A stretch of 64,000 bases of DNA, from positions 434,001-498,000 of the forward strand of contig CBFDEM010000014.1 of assembly GCA_965603825.1 (NCBI GenBank), in the 5' to 3' direction. Position 1 is the first letter of the stretch, and each line of letters opens with the position of its first letter. Below, one piece after another: positions 36,321 to 49,433 of this stretch. The translations under genes and the position numbers were made by a program. The stretch is from Blepharisma stoltei ATCC 30299 (Eukaryota > Protista > Ciliophora). The notes beneath the pieces were generated by a model. The model searched no databases. It was not told the origin of the DNA and worked only from the letters and a program-made list of their open reading frames with translations.

Positions 36321-37113
36321 ATTATTAAAACTTTACTTCTTACCCGAATAATTACATGCAGCTAACGCTGAAATTTTATTTTTCTGAATAAAATTTTCTT
36401 TAAGAGATTAGTTGATTTTAGTAAACAAGCCCCAATTTTAATCATAATAATCTTTATGCATTTTAGATTTGATATTGGCATAGAGAAACTGCTTCATTCT
36501 AGAGATCATGCAAAATCGTTTGTTTAAAGCTCCAGATTCCTCTATTGTTATAGCATTAATATTTTATTCGATCTGGCAAAGCTTACTATGTTTAGAATTG
36601 CTAAGAGTGATAAAGATTATATGTGAATAAATAATAATTCCAAGCATTTATGGCAGGAATAAATTAAGAAATATAGCATACACAACTCGTCTTTTGCAAA
36701 ATTCAATCTAGCTCGATATATAAAATCCCAGAAAAATATCATATGTCCACAAATTTCCTAAATTTTAATTTCTCATATAATGTATTATCAGCATAACCCT
36801 GGATAAAATTATCATCAAACTGCAATCAAATTTAAATTTTTAATTTTGATTCGGCTTGTATATGGTGCATTAGATTAGAGTTATAATAGCTTATCATATT
36901 TAAATAGCGACTATATCATAATAAAATATTTAAATATGACACCAAATTTGATATGAATTATAATTTTATTAAAACTAAAATTAACTCGACCCAGTCGATT
37001 TTCTAATCTTAACCAATTTAAGAAATTAAAAAGCCTGCCTTATTGCATCTGATCAGATCTGTCCTATTTATCCCCATCCGAATAATTGTTTATAAATTTC
37101 TGTTCAAGGGCTA

Positions 37114-38298
37114 ATGAGTCTGAACATCGCAGTAAAACTGATTTGTGGAAACCAAATACGTAAGCTCAAGCAAGCTCCTCAAACAATTCAAGAGCTTTAC
37201 CAAGAAGTCAACAAGCTGTTCGCCACCACTAAGTATCGCTTCAAGTATATGGACGAGGAAGGAGATTTAATCACAATCTCGACAACCACAGAATTGAGAG
37301 ATGCTTATCTGGCAGCTTCAGATTTGGGCGCTTTAAGCCTTAAAATACTATTAGAAGAAACCAATGAACCTTTATCTTCAACAGAAGTCTCTAGTGATGT
37401 CACCAAGGAAGACTACACAGTCTTGAGCTCAGATGAAGTTGAAGAAATTAAAGAATCAGATAGTGAAGAAGAAACCAAAGAAGAGATCAAAGAAGAAGAA
37501 AAGATTGATTATGAAATAACCGCCGAATACGAGGAAAAAGTCAGAGAACTGATCAGAGAAAGACTGAGAAAAAAGGTTGGACTTTCTGGAACAAATATCG
37601 TGTGGGAAGGGGTTTATTGTGATGGCTGTGGAGAAACTCCATTGAGAGGTCCAAGATTCCAATGCACTGTATGTGAAGACTATGATCTGTGCGAAGTGTG
37701 TGAAGGACTTATTCCTCATGATCATCCATTTTTGAAAGTTAAAAACCCTAACCAGTCAGTGTTTTATATTTCAGTGAATTTAGAAGAAAAGGATGTTGGA
37801 AAGACATGAAAAAATTTCCAAAAATTCATATCAAAAACCAAGCCGAAAATGCAAGTTTTGAGTGTTCCGATGGCAAGTGAGGAACAGTACGAAGTTGGGT
37901 CAAATTTCAAAAAGGTTTGGAAAGTAAAAAATTGTGGAAATGAGCCTTGGCCAGAGGGGACTTTACTTGTGCATTTGTCAGGAGAACTTAAAGGAGATAG
38001 TGTATATGTTCCTCCTGTTAAAGCTGGGAAGGAGATTGATCTAGAGGCAACTGTGAAAGTGCCTGAAAAGGAAGGAAAATATATAGCTGAATGAACTTTA
38101 ATTACCCCTCATGGGATCAAGTTTGGAAATAAGCTTAGTGTTGCAGTTCAAGCTATAAGAAATAACCCTGTATTTCAAAGAAATCTTGAAACTCTAATAA
38201 CGCTGGGCTTTCCTGAAGAAGAAGCACGCAAGTCGCTATCAAAATATCCAAATGATCTCGATGCTGCTGTATTAGATATAGTCCAAAATACAGCTTAA
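37114..38298 (+). CDS. NBR1: NBR1-like selective autophagy receptor (PB1-ZZ-FW-UBA)
   Basis: PB1 FKYMDEEGDLITI; ZZ CDGC..PLRGPRFQCTVCEDYDLCEVC; FW KKVWKVKNCGNEPWP..GKYIAEW(TGA 38092); UBA LITLGF..NDLDAAV; TGA 37807=W. Confidence 0.88.
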
Positions 38299-38539
38299 TA
38301 AGGCTAATCGTTAAAAAGTTCCTTAAATTATATTTTTAATTTTAAACAATATATTCATCGTTTCTTTTAAAAATTATATATGGCAGAAGTATTATATTTT
38401 TTTAAAGATCAATAATCTTATCTCAAATCATTTCATAAATTCAGGGTGGAATAAATGGCCAAAATACTTTAATTTATTAATTTATAAAAATTATTGAAGT
38501 TAATACCAATAAATTTATATCCTTACATGCAAATTATTC

Positions 38540-39649
38540 TTAGTTTTTAGGAGAAACTATTGGACAAATTAATCCCCCTTTGTCTAAATAAGATCCAGTT
38601 AGAACATAATCTCCAATCCTAATTGCACAGCTAGCACCTTTGAATATTCCTTCCTGAGTGAAAAGTCTTCTATAGACTAATCCTGTTTTATGCTCCCAGT
38701 CTTTAACTTCAATAGCTCCACCTACAACTGACCCATCTCCAAAAGCTTGAAATTGCCATGGAACTGCTCCTCCATAAACTCTCTGTGTGTATTCATCATA
38801 TAAAATTTTTTCAGTCCTATCTCTCAGCCCTAGCTTGAACTTTTCATTCAAATTCCCATTGCTTGATTTTGTATATTCACTTATCCAATTATAATCAATT
38901 GACGAATAAGCGACATAGTAGTCGCCAAATTTATTTTTAGTTATTCCAGTAATTGAAATTGCTTCTGTCTGATTTAGAGGCATACAGTCTGCAGTTGAAT
39001 TTACACTGAATTTGCAATAATAAATATATGTATTTGCTAATTGTAAAATATCAGACAATAAAGTAAGAAACTTTTGTGTTACTGGGATTGGACCACCATC
39101 TGAAGGCATTGGGATAGGCGTAAACTGCGTGAAATAGGCTTCATTATCTGTGTCTATAATAAAATCTCCAAAAATGCCTTGCAGATCTGGGTAAAAATTG
39201 AAGAAATTATAGTAATTTGCAGTGGTTTCTGTTATATTGAATATTTCGACCCTTGTCCCTCCTTCATGAAAGGCATGATTTAATACATATAAGGTGTTTG
39301 GCTTTACCAAGTATAACGCAAATGGATGAAATCCGACATCTGCAGGAAAATTTTGTATTGAAAGTTCAGTTATAGTAGGATTGTTGCTCGCGATTTTTTC
39401 AATGAGCAATAATCTTCCACTTTTGGCATTTTTGGGCCCTTCTGTATATATAGAAATCAAGTCATCTTCAGCTGCAATAACGCTATCTTCATAATAAGTG
39501 AAGTCAATAAAGCTTCCGGTCGAATTTAACCGAGAACAGCTTTCGTAGTGATGGAGCACCACATCTTTATCTGGATGAAGTATCCTTCGGTATTGAAGCC
39601 ATCCTACAATAGCAAGAAATGAAAATAATGCAAGTAATATTTTGGACAT
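38540..39649 (-). CDS. Paraoxonase/arylesterase-like beta-propeller, probably degenerate
   Basis: N-terminal anchor, G.LLL, FHPFALYL...LYVLNH...RVEIF, C-terminal GS...LIC. Confidence 0.72.
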   Translation of the reverse strand: MSKILLALFSFLAIVGWLQYRRILHPDKDVVLHHYESCSRLNSTGSFIDFTYYEDSVIAAEDDLISIYTEGPKNAKSGRLLLIEKIASNNPTITELSIQNFPADVGFHPFALYLVKPNTLYVLNHAFHEGGTRVEIFNITETTANYYNFFNFYPDLQGIFGDFIIDTDNEAYFTQFTPIPMPSDGGPIPVTQKFLTLLSDILQLANTYIYYCKFSVNSTADCMPLNQTEAISITGITKNKFGDYYVAYSSIDYNWISEYTKSSNGNLNEKFKLGLRDRTEKILYDEYTQRVYGGAVPWQFQAFGDGSVVGGAIEVKDWEHKTGLVYRRLFTQEGIFKGASCAIRIGDYVLTGSYLDKGGLICPIVSPKN

Positions 39650-40057
39650 TATACACGTGTTATTAAATTAAATTTAATTTGTTTCCAATAATCATAATAT
39701 AGTGCCATTAAATGCTGGGTTTTTGGAAATAAAATTAGATTAGAAAGATTCGATGTCCTTCGCTTTGGTTATCAATATAGCATTCAACTGTATAATACTA
39801 ATCGCTGATAATATTAAATCAAAAAACTATGCTTGGGATAATCGAATTCTGCATTTTTCAAATGAGAAAAGTAAAAATAAAAATTTCATTCCAAGAAAAG
39901 GTCATCAAAGATTAAACAAGAATCAAAACAGCAACTTCTGGTAATAAATTTGCAAAGAATTGTCGTTTCAATAAATTCTTTAGAATTCTCATTCCATTTT
40001 TATAGGCACAAAAGCATAATGTGCTTAAAAATCCAGCTAAACTAGCCAATAATCATA

Positions 40058-41155
40058 ATGGAACCTGACTGCACAACTCCTCTTCAAATAGAATCTAATT
40101 CAATTATCTCATCAGAACCCTCACCTCGTGGTACGCCCATGGTATCTGATCAGCCAAATCCTATATTTTCAGACCAGCGCTACGCATCCTCCGATTCTTT
40201 TGAAACCCCAGAAAGACAAGGAACCGAGTTTTCATCTTCAGCAATATTCGGATTTTCAAGAAATTCAACTGAAAAGATCCACCCTCATTCCAAGCTTCTC
40301 CGTATCACTCAAATGAGACCAGGCGACAGAAGGCCGCGCGAAATTTTGTTACCAATTTTTTATCACCAAAGGCATACACCGAAATACCGAGAGCACGCCA
40401 ATTTAAGCATGCAAACAGAGCCTAAATCATTAAGCCAAATATTAGAAGGTCTGAGAGAAAACCCAAGATCAAAATTTGGGTCTAGAAGCAGAGTTCATAG
40501 AAGTAACAGGAAAAGAGTATCATTTGGGAGTGATTTAGGAGACCCAATTGAAATTGAAGGATTCAGCTCAATTGGGAGATCAAGCGGGCAAAGTTTCTTT
40601 GACTCAATTTTGTCGATACCAAAAGATAAAGATAAGTTTTCGAATTCTTCTCTGGATAGCTTGGAGATTGAAGAAATTATTCCAACAAAAGCAAAGGAAA
40701 GCATGGCCACGATACCTACTGCTACAAATTCAGTTGCTGAGCCGAAATCGTCAGCTATTTATCCCTTAAGTAAAAATCAAGCCATGCAGCTTGTTGAAGA
40801 AGAAAAGATTATAACTACACAGGCAGGTACTGTTAGTACACAAGGAAACGTTGATAATGAAGAGGTCCCAGATTTATTCTACGAACGAGAAGTATTTGAG
40901 TACGAGCAGGAAGCCAAAGCAAGCTCAGTGTTCCAGCAGGTTTCTGAGTTCAATGAATACCCTGCTGTAATTTATTGTGAAAATTGTAAAAAAGAAATAA
41001 TAACAACGGTGAAGCCAGAAATCAAACAAGAAAAAGGCTTTTTCAAAAAACTTGACTCCTTTCTATGCTGCTGCTCAAATTTATGGATGAAAAGTCATGT
41101 ACTTGTGCATTCTTGCCCTATATGCAATCAAGAAATTGCGAAGGTGAGTGCTTAA
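40058..41155 (+). CDS. LITAF-domain protein with long disordered N-terminus
   Basis: PAVIYCENCKKEIITTV ... HSCPICNQEIA. Confidence 0.82.
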   Translation: MEPDCTTPLQIESNSIISSEPSPRGTPMVSDQPNPIFSDQRYASSDSFETPERQGTEFSSSAIFGFSRNSTEKIHPHSKLLRITQMRPGDRRPREILLPIFYHQRHTPKYREHANLSMQTEPKSLSQILEGLRENPRSKFGSRSRVHRSNRKRVSFGSDLGDPIEIEGFSSIGRSSGQSFFDSILSIPKDKDKFSNSSLDSLEIEEIIPTKAKESMATIPTATNSVAEPKSSAIYPLSKNQAMQLVEEEKIITTQAGTVSTQGNVDNEEVPDLFYEREVFEYEQEAKASSVFQQVSEFNEYPAVIYCENCKKEIITTVKPEIKQEKGFFKKLDSFLCCCSNLWMKSHVLVHSCPICNQEIAKVSA

Positions 41156-41233
41156 TTCTTATAATTTTAATTATCAATGCATTCAAGCAACCAGAGATAA
41201 TAAAATTAGCGTTCATACACTCGTATATAATTC

Positions 41234-42454
41234 TTAAGCCCACAGCCCTCTTTTAATCCTCTTGTAACAATATCCATTCGTTTCTGTATACCTCATCTTC
41301 TTTAATAAATCCAGCTGCTCCGGATCAAGCATGCATTTAAAATATTTGATGTTATCTTTGCTTTCAAAATTCAGGGCATAGCTTAGAAGCATTTTCTTTG
41401 TCTTTTTGTCTCCAGATCTCTTTAGAATTGTAAAAATAAGACTATCTTCTCTAGCATCAGGCAACAATTTTATATCGATTCCGATCTCTTCAATCAGGCA
41501 TTTTAATAGGTTTAAGTCACCTTTTTTAACTGCAATTTGCAGCAGTTTTAGGTATCCTGCCCATTCACTATTGGGATTATCTGTAGCAAAATCTAGCTTT
41601 ACTATATAAAAGTAATACCTGATGAAATCTATATTACCATTATATGCAGCTCGAGTAAGTGAATTGACTAAGCATGACTTAGGCGTTGGCTCCGTTTCTC
41701 CTAAGGGAAAGAGTTTTTTAGGATTAAAGATCATTCTAAAATATGTGATAAGAAAGTCCAGCACTTCAGTAGACCCTTGTGCAACTGAGCTGCTTATAGC
41801 TACTTCAAGTATGGAGTGTTCTTTAAAATCTGTAATCCCCATCACGAATCTAATAAATTTCAGCGACTCAATTGATCCTCCTTTGACAGCCGACTTAATA
41901 AGTATTTCGCTTCGATTTGGAGTTATTCCTACTTCTCTCCAGAGATATTCCAAAATATCCGCCCTATCAAGTCTGGCAGCTCTATCCAATAAAAAGCTTT
42001 CGTCGCTTGAAAGGCCAAGCTCTTTGTGTAAGACAATCATCATTTCATATTGCCCTGAAGATGCCGCATGTTCAAATAGGTTGTACTTAGATGAGTTCAC
42101 GACATGGATATAAATTCCAAAAGAATCAATTATATGTTTGACTGAATCAATTTCTCCACGACTCACCAGGTCAAAAAGATATTCAATCAGCATCTGCTCA
42201 GTGCATTTATCATAAAAACATAAAAAAGGAAACAAGTCTAGCATGTGGAGGGCTCCATCTAGGTTTTGATTCCACAGTAGCCGTTGAAAAGCGTTAAATG
42301 TCAACAAGATAAATTGCTCATGACGCAACTCTTCTAGTTCTTTTAGGGTTCCGAACAAGTCTAGCAGATTTTCTGTTTCTGCATAGTTGTTGATGGCGTC
42401 AATGAGGCTATCTTTTTCATAAATGTCATCTTGGCTTGACATATTACAATCCAT
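41234..42454 (-). CDS. Ankyrin-repeat-like protein
   Basis: Repeated AA..G..E.L.YL units; first ATG 42454. Confidence 0.78.
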   Translation of the reverse strand: MDCNMSSQDDIYEKDSLIDAINNYAETENLLDLFGTLKELEELRHEQFILLTFNAFQRLLWNQNLDGALHMLDLFPFLCFYDKCTEQMLIEYLFDLVSRGEIDSVKHIIDSFGIYIHVVNSSKYNLFEHAASSGQYEMMIVLHKELGLSSDESFLLDRAARLDRADILEYLWREVGITPNRSEILIKSAVKGGSIESLKFIRFVMGITDFKEHSILEVAISSSVAQGSTEVLDFLITYFRMIFNPKKLFPLGETEPTPKSCLVNSLTRAAYNGNIDFIRYYFYIVKLDFATDNPNSEWAGYLKLLQIAVKKGDLNLLKCLIEEIGIDIKLLPDAREDSLIFTILKRSGDKKTKKMLLSYALNFESKDNIKYFKCMLDPEQLDLLKKMRYTETNGYCYKRIKRGLWA

Positions 42455-42844
42455 ATTAGAAAAGAATAGATATGGCCCAATCAAAATGCAATTCACTTTT
42501 AATAATAAAAATAAGAGAAATCTATACGTTGCTCAATACTGAAATTTAATAATTAAGGGTTTCTCCAACAAAATAGATAATTTTTAATTTTTTGCGGACA
42601 AATATTTAATTATAAAAATATGAATTTCAAGTTATTAGAACTTAAAACTGGCGATATATTTAATTTAATATGCACAGCTAGAGAATTAAAAATATAGCAC
42701 TCATTTTAGGACTATTTAATTAACATCTTTTAATGATGCTCATCAGTAAATATTGAAAACTAGAAAATTGGCTGATATTCGTATTATTAGAAATATATCA
42801 AAATCAAAATAATGCTATGGTAAATATATTTTATATCAAAATAA

Positions 42845-43492
<648 letters not shown>

Positions 43493-43559
43493 TAATTCTA
43501 ACAAGCTGCAAACAAAATAATCCTCAATTTTAGCAATATATATTTAGCAAAAATAATTT

Positions 43560-44249
43560 CTAACTGATATTTGAAGCATACTCTCTAAGCTTCAATTCTG
43601 CATATTTTACTATATCTTTAATTGTGTCCGGCTTATTATCCCTTTGAAAATTAAGAGCAATCATTTCTCTCTCTTTCTTATAATAAAATTCTGGCTTGTA
43701 CCAAAATGGATCAAAGCTTCTTGTTAAAATATTGAAATAATAATAAACTGCAGTGATTCAATCCCCCAATGTCACCGTCTTATGTCTCAAGTAGTTGTCA
43801 AGATCATACCTTTTATTTCTATTCAAATTATAAGCTGCAAGCCTTGAAAAATGCTCTACCACGTTTGGATCTTTTAAAGCTCCATAGTGATATGGAGGCA
43901 GCACAATTTTCTCAAAGTTATGGTTTCCTTGAAGATCTACATGATAGATCATTTTTGATTCAGGATCCCAATTAGAAAACGTAAATGTTGTAGGGTACCC
44001 TTCTCTTAATCTTACATATTCAGTATTAATGTAATGCTCTCTTCTCGAATACAAAACTCAGTTTGGGACCCAGATTTTTCGTTCCCACTCCTCTTGGAAA
44101 AAAGTCCTATGAATTTCATGTCCAAAAAGATAAGCAGCTGCCAAATATAAAAGCTTCCTATATCTTCTCTGCTGTTTTTCCTCAAGGATTTTAACTCCTC
44201 TCAAGTAAGCCTTTATATTTTCACTTTTAATTCTGGAGAACCAGGACAT
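43560..44249 (-). CDS. Hypothetical aromatic-rich protein (229 aa), possibly mitochondrial membrane
   Basis: TGA 44058 and 43758=W give one frame to TAG at 43560; short hydrophobic segment LLYLAAAYLFG. Confidence 0.72.
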
Positions 44250-44262
44250 TATTTACTATTAT

Positions 44263-45480
44263 CTAATAAAATGATGAAATTGAATATAGAGTGCAGAGCA
44301 GAGGAGGACCTGTTATAATACCTGTCCAAAAGAGATAAAGTCCAAACTCTTTCCCACCGACTTTCGCAATCAGCACTAAAGGAATCTGAAACATCATCAG
44401 CCCAAGCAAGTAAGGCCTGATTGTTTTACAAACCAAGGCTACCACCATCTCATGGCACAGTGATGAAAAAAAGTATGTGAAATAAGCTGCATTTTTCTCA
44501 GTAAGACCCCACCTTTCTTTGGCTTCGAGATAAACATGCTTGTACAAGAATTGATGCACTGGGCGATTCCATTTCCTTGAGAAGTCTGCAAATGTGTTAG
44601 AGTTCCACCAGTCTTGGTAAAATTCTCTGTCCCCAAATAAGGAAAGTTCTGCGAATAAGTTGAGGATTTGTTCGAAAGTTATAAAAAAGACCAGCCAGTA
44701 AGTAACAAGACAAGGAATCGCAAGTTTCATCCAAGAGATGAAGAGGGGACTTCTCTCATTTATAATTGGAAGGATATGATCAGAGATGCATATATATAAA
44801 GTTATGATCTGAACCGATAATAAGGCACATTTCTTTAAAAAGTAACTTATCCTGAATTTTGGAATGGATGGATAAGAAGTTTGGTAAACCAAAACAGGCC
44901 TTACCATATACATAAGATAGTCATAAAATGTAATATTCTTGGGATATGCTGAATCCTTTGGGTTCTTCAGCCATTCTTCTCTTAGATCTCGATTAATCTG
45001 GGTGTATGAGTGCATCTTCATAAAGTGAGTAAAGCAAAGGAATGTTATGAAAATCGTTTGAGTGAAGCCCCAATCTCTGGTTAAAACCAAATAGGAAGTA
45101 ACCAGAAACATCAGACTTTGAGAAGAGTGCTGGATTATCCACGATCCACTGTGAGGAAGTCCAGCCAGTATCAGTCGCTGATGGAAAAATGCTATCCATG
45201 AGTACAAAAATACGCACGGCCAAATAAGCACAACAAGTTTTCCATCCCTTACCATGTTCTCAAAAAATGTTTGCTCGAAGAATGAGCCCTCTGACATGAA
45301 CTTGATATAGCACGATATCAAAATGTAGTAGCCAACCAGCAAAACAATCATGATGTAAAACCCCTTCATTTCACACTTATGAATGGGCGCATTTGGCTCA
45401 GTGATGTCAAAAAATGACGTCCTGTTTGTTGTGTATGTCAATCTCTTCTGTTCACTGGGCATATTTTTTGTATTCTCCAT
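44263..45480 (-). CDS. MBOAT sterol O-acyltransferase (ACAT/ARE/DGAT1 family)
   Basis: MKMHSY, FGDREFYQDWWNS, RKWNRPVHQFLYKHVY, SSLCHE catalytic His; first plausible ATG 45480. Confidence 0.9.
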   Translation of the reverse strand: MENTKNMPSEQKRLTYTTNRTSFFDITEPNAPIHKCEMKGFYIMIVLLVGYYILISCYIKFMSEGSFFEQTFFENMVRDGKLVVLIWPCVFLYSWIAFFHQRLILAGLPHSGSWIIQHSSQSLMFLVTSYLVLTRDWGFTQTIFITFLCFTHFMKMHSYTQINRDLREEWLKNPKDSAYPKNITFYDYLMYMVRPVLVYQTSYPSIPKFRISYFLKKCALLSVQIITLYICISDHILPIINERSPLFISWMKLAIPCLVTYWLVFFITFEQILNLFAELSLFGDREFYQDWWNSNTFADFSRKWNRPVHQFLYKHVYLEAKERWGLTEKNAAYFTYFFSSLCHEMVVALVCKTIRPYLLGLMMFQIPLVLIAKVGGKEFGLYLFWTGIITGPPLLCTLYSISSFY

Positions 45481-45496
45481 CTTTAAAACACATATA

Positions 45497-48400
45497 ATGA
45501 ATAACAGAGTCAAAACAATCAATTGTGTAAAAGGCGAAATCCACAACCTCCTGGCCATCATGCGCTTCGTTCCTGACTTCACAGCATCTCCAGAAATCGT
45601 GATTTATATGTAGTATATAGCAGAGTTCAAAAGCTTGTTCCAATCCTTGCTTGTATGTTCTGACGTGGACTCATTGGATTTTTGGTCGCCATTCCTAAAA
45701 ATCATACAATCCACTGAAGTGGCAGGTCCTATTGTAGGCGTAGCTTTGTCCTCGATCCACAAATTTCTATTGTATGGGTTTTTGTCACCAACATCAGGAT
45801 TCATTCTGAATAACATCGTCAATAGTGTGGTTCAATGAAATATTCCAGGGCTTTATTCAAGCAATGATGAAGTGATATTTATGAAACTCCTACAAGTCTT
45901 CTTAGAGTGCTTGAGAACACAGGCAAGTATTTATTTGACTGATGCAAGTGTTTGGAGCATTGTAAAAAGATGCTTTGATGTATTTGATAAAGAAAGAGTA
46001 AGCGAACTTTTAAAAAAGACAGCCCAAAACACTTTGCTGCAAATATTTATTGTTATTTTCAACAGAACCGCAGAAATGGGGAATGAAGAGTGCTATGGTG
46101 TTCCATGTGTCAGAAATATTTTGCTGAAATTAGCAAATCTGATTGGGACAAATGAGAAAAATGAAGCTAATTGGAAAGAAAAGAGATGCTTGGGACTGTT
46201 TTTGATGAACACAGCACTTGAAACAGCAGGCGAAGCAATGGGCCTGCACGAAGGAATTGTGCTTATAATCCAAGATGAAGTCTGCAAGTCACTCCTGATT
46301 AACTCAAATACAGGAGATTTGTTCATTTTATCGCTAACTTTAAGAGTGGTTTTCAACCTCTTTCAATCCATCAAAAGACATTTAAAGGTCCAGCTAGAAG
46401 TATTCTTTAACAGCATTCATCTTAAAATTGCTTCTGAGTATGAAGATTCACAAGATCCCTTTGTATACCAAAGAAGCGAACTGGCACTAGAAAGCATTGT
46501 GGATTTTTGCCGAGAGCCAAGTCTAGTTCTTGAGCTTTATACCAATTATGACTGTGATCTCCATTTTGCAAACCTCTTTGAAGCTTTGTCAAAATTTTTA
46601 TGCAAGCATGCTTTCCCTCTGCATCAAAATTTAATAAGACTTAATGAGCTGTGCCTCCAAGGACTTTTAGCAATAACTTCAACAATATCTATTAGATGTG
46701 ATCCTGAAATGCATAATATTGAGCCAGAGCCACTCGAAAATAAAATTAAAGAAAATAAAGTAATGAAAGAAAAATACTCAGAATCTGCTTATATCTTTAA
46801 TAACCATCCCAAAGATTTTATTGTGAAACTTCAAGAAAAAAATTATTTGCCTAAAAATTGTGACGCAGAAGCTGTTGCGAAATTTTTAAAAGAAAATCCT
46901 GCAATAGATAGCACGTCTTTAGGAGAATATCTTGGTAAGCCTGGAGAGTTCAATCAAGAAGTGCTCCGCCATTATTTGAAATTCTTTGACTATGGAGGTA
47001 TGAGAATAGACCTTGCGTTAAGATTAACTTTTACAAGTTTAAAAGCCCCTGGCGAGCCTCAATGCATTGATAGAATTCTTGATGCATTTGGAAAAGTCTA
47101 TTTTCAACAAAACCCTGAGTTTGCAGATGAAACTGCTTCCTATGTCCTTGCATTCAGCATTATCATGCTCAATACAGATTTACATAGCTGTGCAGTTATA
47201 AATAAAATGAGCATAGAAAGCTACATGAGAAACGTGAAGGGTGTAAATGGAGGAAAAGATTTCCCTCAAGAAATGCTTATTGAAATCTATAATAGCATAA
47301 AGAACGAGCCAATTCAAGTCTCAGAAACTGTAAATGTCGTCAAAAGTGAGGATTTGGCTGATAATGATCTAGCCAATAACACATGGAAAAAGATTATCAA
47401 GAGGACTAAAGGGTCAATGAATTATAGAATGCTCAATGAACTCATGCTTCAGCCAGCAGGAGAAAATGAAAAAGATATGCTGGATATATTATGGGAGTCC
47501 GGGATCCTAGGGACATTAACAAATGCTATGGATTGTGCAGGAGAAGAAAAATCATTGAAAGCAATTAAAGAGCTTTTTATAGAAATCTCTAAAATTTGCA
47601 CATATTTTAATATGACTGACCACATAAACCGACTTCTGAGCACTCTTTGTCAGTGCTTTTTAAGAAATACTGACTCTATCATTGCATTTCATCACAGTAA
47701 AAGAGCTCTTTATGCCCTTGAAGCTGCAGTTGAGTGTGCAATTGCATGCAAAGACCACCTAAATGGTGTTTGGGGCCACCTCATTAACTGTCTATTTAGA
47801 CTTCACTCATTGAAATTATTGCCACAGCAATTAATTGACCTTGATGATTTTGTAGACAAAGAAGGAAGAATTCTGCCAATGTCAAACCCAGTTCTTGACG
47901 ACTCATTTTTTCAGTACTTCAGAGCAGGATCTAAAGTATCCAACCCTCCAAGCCATAAAAGTGAAGATGATACAGTCGAAGAATCTTCTGGGCTCTGGGC
48001 TTCTTTTGCTATGTATTTAGGAGTGCCAACTCAGCCAGCCAAAAGAGGAGATGAGCTGATGCAAGAACTTACACAAGAGCTGAGAGAAAAAGTAATAGGG
48101 ACTGGAATACATCAAATCTTTTTAAATACCAAATCTTTACCTTTGGAATCATTGAACTACCTGCTTAGAACTTTAATTCAAAGATGTAAGGATTCTAATG
48201 AAGAAGTTAATATTGTCCTTAGCCTCGAACTTTTAACAAACTCTATACTTTCAAATGCAATCAGGCTGGAGGTATCTGAATGAAAATCAGCTATAGCACA
48301 TTTAGTTAATGTTGTGACAAGTACTCATCACTCTTGGAGCACTGAAAGAGGGCTTGTATGCTTACTGAGATTATGCATTCATCACCATGACGATATTGTT

Positions 48401-49402
48401 GACTTAAAAGCCAGCTTGGTAACTGTATTGGAGCATATGGCTGAATTACCTCCCAAAAAACTGTCAAGATATGCTGATCGTTTGGCGGCTGGCATTTTAA
48501 TACTAATGAACTCAGGAAATACTAGCTTTTTGATTCAAGGAAGCTCTTGGACCTTACTGCTGAAAATTCTGAACTCTTTTTCTTTAATAGAAAGAACAGC
48601 TATGACTGGCTTCGAAATCGTCTCTTTAATCATCCACCACCTTCACGAGTGGCCTGGGGTTGAGCTAAAAATGTATGAAGAACTCTTAGATCTCATTATT
48701 GTGTATATAAGGCAAGATCTTCCTTCATCTGGACGAATTTCGCTTGGACTTAAACTAGTGCACTCCTTACACAAGCAAATTTTAAAAAGAAACACATCAG
48801 AAGTAGTCATCTATTTTTGGAAAAAAATTCTTGCATTGGTTGGAAGACTCTGCCAAGAACAAAAGCAGGCATTAAGGCTTCAAGCTTATACACTGCTTCA
48901 AGAAATAATTCTGACCAGCAGTTCTCATCCTGATTTAGAAAAATGGCCGCTTTGGAAAGAATGCTTTGAGCGAGTTCTATTTCCTCTTGTCGTCGAGCCA
49001 TTTATGATTACTAGAGAAATGCTAAAAGATATATCTGATGAAAAAGCCACTATCATGAAAAAAGAATTTGAAATGTGCAGAGAAAAAGCTATGGATATCA
49101 TCTGTTACGCAGTTTTATTTAAAATCAAAACCCTGAACACAGCTTCTGAGTTCACCACTTTTTGGGTCCGTCTGCTTAAACTATTATCACAGACTTTGAA
49201 AAACAAAGAAAGTGGGGACGTAAATGAAAAAAGCTATGAAATGTTAAAGAACTTGCTTTTGGTACTGAAAACTGACAATGATTTGAATCAGGAACAGTGG
49301 ACACTTACTTGGGAGATTATTAATTTGGATGCTCTAAGACACGAAATAGAGCCTGAAACGGCTTCTCAACAACACATTGATGACACAATTGAAGTTTTAT
49401 AA
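45497..49402 (+). CDS. GBF1: GBF1/GNOM-type large Arf-GEF (Sec7)
   Basis: DCB PFLKIIQS.EVAGPIVGVALSSIHKFL, HUS LYTNYDCD, Sec7 PGEPQCIDRI and SIIMLNTDLH; intron 45599-45613; TGA 45836 and 48281=W. Confidence 0.93.
45599..45613 (+). other. 15-nt intron
   Basis: GTGATTTATATGTAG. Confidence 0.85.
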
Positions 49403-49433
49403 AGACTTAAAAAATTTTCTTCATAAATTATAG

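Noticed and set aside
32526-37113. Long AT-rich gaps as possible retained IESs, MITEs or ncRNA loci
   Set aside because: I could not identify terminal inverted repeats, tRNA/snRNA motifs or interrupted genes by eye; needs Infernal and MAC/MIC read comparison.
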